Shown here piece by piece: positions 30,823-32,000 of a DNA stretch of 32,000 nt. Position numbers and translations under genes: made by a program. Numbering within the stretch: position 1 is the stretch's first letter; each line of letters starts with the position of its first letter. The DNA comes from Delftia acidovorans NBRC 14950 (GTDB lineage Bacteria > Pseudomonadota > Gammaproteobacteria > Burkholderiales > Burkholderiaceae_C), in NCBI RefSeq assembly GCF_001598795.1, contig NZ_BCZP01000019.1, forward strand, positions 1 to 32,000, given 5' to 3'. A model generated the notes under the pieces. The model was not told where the DNA came from. It saw nothing but the letters and a program-made list of their open reading frames with translations, and did not search any database.

Positions 30823-31095
30823 ATGAACGAAGAGACATTGCGCAAAGCGCTTGTTGCACTGGAGTGCGATGCGCAGATCACGCGGATCCTTTTGGAGCAA
30901 CTGATCGCGCAAGCACCAGCGCCAGAACTGCTATTGCAGAACTTCCGAGCAGCCATCGAATCGATGACGACCTCGGCGCCTTCGGACATAGATCCGGAGC
31001 AGGTAGTGGAGCTACGGGCTCGCGCGGCGCAGACGGAGCTGCTCGTGCGACAAACGCTGCTTGCCTCCAGCGCAGGGAAGCGAGGGAATCAGTAG
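30823..31095 (+). CDS. Hypothetical small helical protein (90 aa), antisense to the early operon
   Basis: A strong AGGAGG (30810..30815) lies 7 nt before ATG 30823. In the region of overlap the plus frame has about 70% G/C at position 3 and about 50% at position 2. That is the pattern expected for the coding frame. Confidence 0.5.
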   Translation: MNEETLRKALVALECDAQITRILLEQLIAQAPAPELLLQNFRAAIESMTTSAPSDIDPEQVVELRARAAQTELLVRQTLLASSAGKRGNQ

Positions 31096-31276
31096 TCCCT
31101 GGCAGCACGTCATCTGTACGCGCCATGGCTGCCACGGATTGCAGGTGGGCCTTGCGGATGGCGTCCGGCACAGCCTGCTCACGGCCTTCCTGTTCCGCGG
31201 TGCGCCCCTCGACATTGACGCCATCTGCCGTGACGAAGGACTCCCCAGGTCGAAGGGTGATCGCGCGGCTACGCAT
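30878..31276 (-). CDS. Possible cro-coupled early ORF whose distal part looks non-coding (uncertain, possibly a truncated remnant)
   Basis: ATG 31276 overlaps the cro stop (ATGCGTAG). The first ~60 codons have about 75% G/C at position 3. The remaining ~70 codons overlap the plus-strand ORF and have about 50%. Confidence 0.3.
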   Translation of the reverse strand: MRSRAITLRPGESFVTADGVNVEGRTAEQEGREQAVPDAIRKAHLQSVAAMARTDDVLPGTTDSLASLRWRQAAFVARAAPSAPREPVAPLPAPDLCPKAPRSSSIRWLLGSSAIAVLALVLARSVAPKGSA

Positions 31277-31535
31277 GGCCTTGCTCCTGGGCGGCAGGCT
31301 GCGCAAGCTCGGGCCAGATGTCCTGCCAGTCGTTGGGGCGGAGGTCACGGCGGGAGACAGTCCCACTGGACAGCGCTTCGATCCTGGGGCTAAGCGCCTT
31401 CGGAACCGGACGCCGCCTCTTGATCCACTGGTTCACAGTGGGCGGGGATACCTGTAAGGCGCGAGCCAGGGCAGCTTGGCTGCCGACAAGATCGACAACC
31501 GCCTGCACCGCAAGTCCGGGGTGTAAGTACGTCAT
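31269..31535 (-). CDS. cro: Cro/YdaS-like HTH regulator
   Basis: ...GSQAALARALQVSPPTVNQWIKRRRPVP... It is small and divergent from the repressor gene. Confidence 0.8.
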   Translation of the reverse strand: MTYLHPGLAVQAVVDLVGSQAALARALQVSPPTVNQWIKRRRPVPKALSPRIEALSSGTVSRRDLRPNDWQDIWPELAQPAAQEQGHA

Positions 31536-31544
31536 ACCCCATGA

Positions 31545-31618
31545 TAAGGCTCTGCCTAATTTTGATCAATAGGCATTGCCTACGCACACTCACACATGGA
31601 ACATTAGGCAATGCTTAC
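31545..31618. promoter_or_regulatory. Three operator-like 15-bp palindromes in the cI/cro divergent region
   Basis: The sites are TAAGGCTCTGCCTAA (31545..31559), ATAGGCATTGCCTAC (31569..31583) and TTAGGCAATGCTTAC (31604..31618). The half-site consensus is tTAGGCA. Arm matches are 5/7, 6/7 and 5/7. Centres are 24 and 35 bp apart. Confidence 0.55.
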
Positions 31619-32000
31619 TGGTGAAAAATTAGGCCAAGCCATCGCTGAAGCCATCGAACTGAAGGGCGTCTCCAAGAAGGAGGTGGCCGAGCACTTTGAG
31701 GTAAGGCCTCCGTCCATCCAAGACTGGGTGAATCGTGGAACCATCAGCAAGGACAAGCTCCCAAAACTCTGGAGCTACTTCGCAGACGTAGTCCAGCCAG
31801 CGCACTGGGGGCTGCCCGATTACCCGCCAGGGACTACCGCCGAGACATCCAAGCAAGGGGAGAACGTGATCCAGGTCATCGATGACACCCCGCCGCCCGG
31901 CTACGTACGCCTACAGCATCTCTCGGTCCGGCCGTCGATGGGTCCTGGCTCGCACATGGACGAGGCCGTGCAGATCGTCCGGCATCTCGATGTCTTGGAA
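31611..32000 (+). CDS. cI: cI-like repressor (XRE HTH, then the start of a LexA/S24-like C-terminal domain). It runs off the right edge.
   Basis: It is not in the track because the ORF is open-ended. My translation reads MLTGEKLGQAIAEAIELKGVSKKEVAEHFEVRPPSIQDWVNRGTISKDKLPKLWSYFADVV...PPPGYVRLQHLSVRPSMGPGSHMDEAVQIVRHLDVLE. The frame stays open for 130 codons to the window end. Confidence 0.8.
   Translation, partial: MLTGEKLGQAIAEAIELKGVSKKEVAEHFEVRPPSIQDWVNRGTISKDKLPKLWSYFADVVQPAHWGLPDYPPGTTAETSKQGENVIQVIDDTPPPGYVRLQHLSVRPSMGPGSHMDEAVQIVRHLDVLE

Larger units (their letters stand above)
1..32000 (-). mobile_element. Temperate phage / prophage segment: immunity, replication, packaging, head and virion-protein modules. 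Both ends lie outside the window.
   Basis: Collinear minus-strand order cro-like, replication, resolvase, terS, terL, portal, scaffold, capsid, giant virion protein. A divergent cI-like repressor sits at the right edge. Genes are tightly packed, often with ATGA stop/start overlaps. Confidence 0.85.

Noticed and set aside
31629-31856. Minus-strand ORF 31629..31856 (75 aa)
   Set aside because: It lies antisense within the cI-like repressor gene, whose HTH sequence is clearly recognisable on the plus strand.

Overview
This window is a segment of a high-GC temperate phage or prophage. My hand counts on single 60-nt lines give about 62-70% G+C. The host is probably a beta-proteobacterium, but that is inference only. 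Nearly all genes are on the minus strand, so the phage reads right to left.

Gene order, right to left:
- A cI-like repressor (+, 31611 to the right edge) faces a Cro-like gene, with three palindromic operator-like sites between them.
- The early operon follows: a Rha/KilAC antirepressor-like protein, an HTH replication initiator whose gene carries an iteron array (likely ori), a RuvC-like resolvase, a DUF4406 protein, a Cys-rich nuclease-like protein and a wHTH protein. Most junctions are ATGA or GTGA stop/start overlaps.
- Next come terS, terL, portal, scaffold, major capsid and head-completion genes.
- Then a 557-aa low-complexity protein and a 2554-aa polyvalent virion protein (ParB-like module, HExxH metallopeptidase, PLxRFG).
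- A further structural gene runs off the left edge. It is absent from the ORF track.

Three AT-richer cargo islands (about 40-48% G+C by hand count) sit at module junctions:
1. 23648-24798: a ComF-like PRTase plus a SLOG/DprA-like protein, directly upstream of terS.
2. 10301-11961: an HTH-ImmA/IrrE peptidase plus a DUF4411 PIN-like protein. An oppositely oriented secreted Cys-rich protein lies next to it (12106-12771).
3. 982-1722: a secreted discoidin-domain protein.

Islands 1 and 2 are the best candidates for conflict or defence systems.

Non-coding highlights:
- An 18-nt motif, CCCG[G/T]CTAGGGTT[C/G]G[A/T]C on the minus strand, occurs four times plus one degenerate copy. All copies are intergenic, and three lie exactly 36 nt from a start codon.
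- A structured 232-nt leader between portal and scaffold carries UUCG-loop hairpins.
- The short peptide NPF[A/T]DP[D/N]YG is shared by the giant virion protein and the secreted cargo protein.

All family assignments rest on motifs I read by eye. No searches were run.
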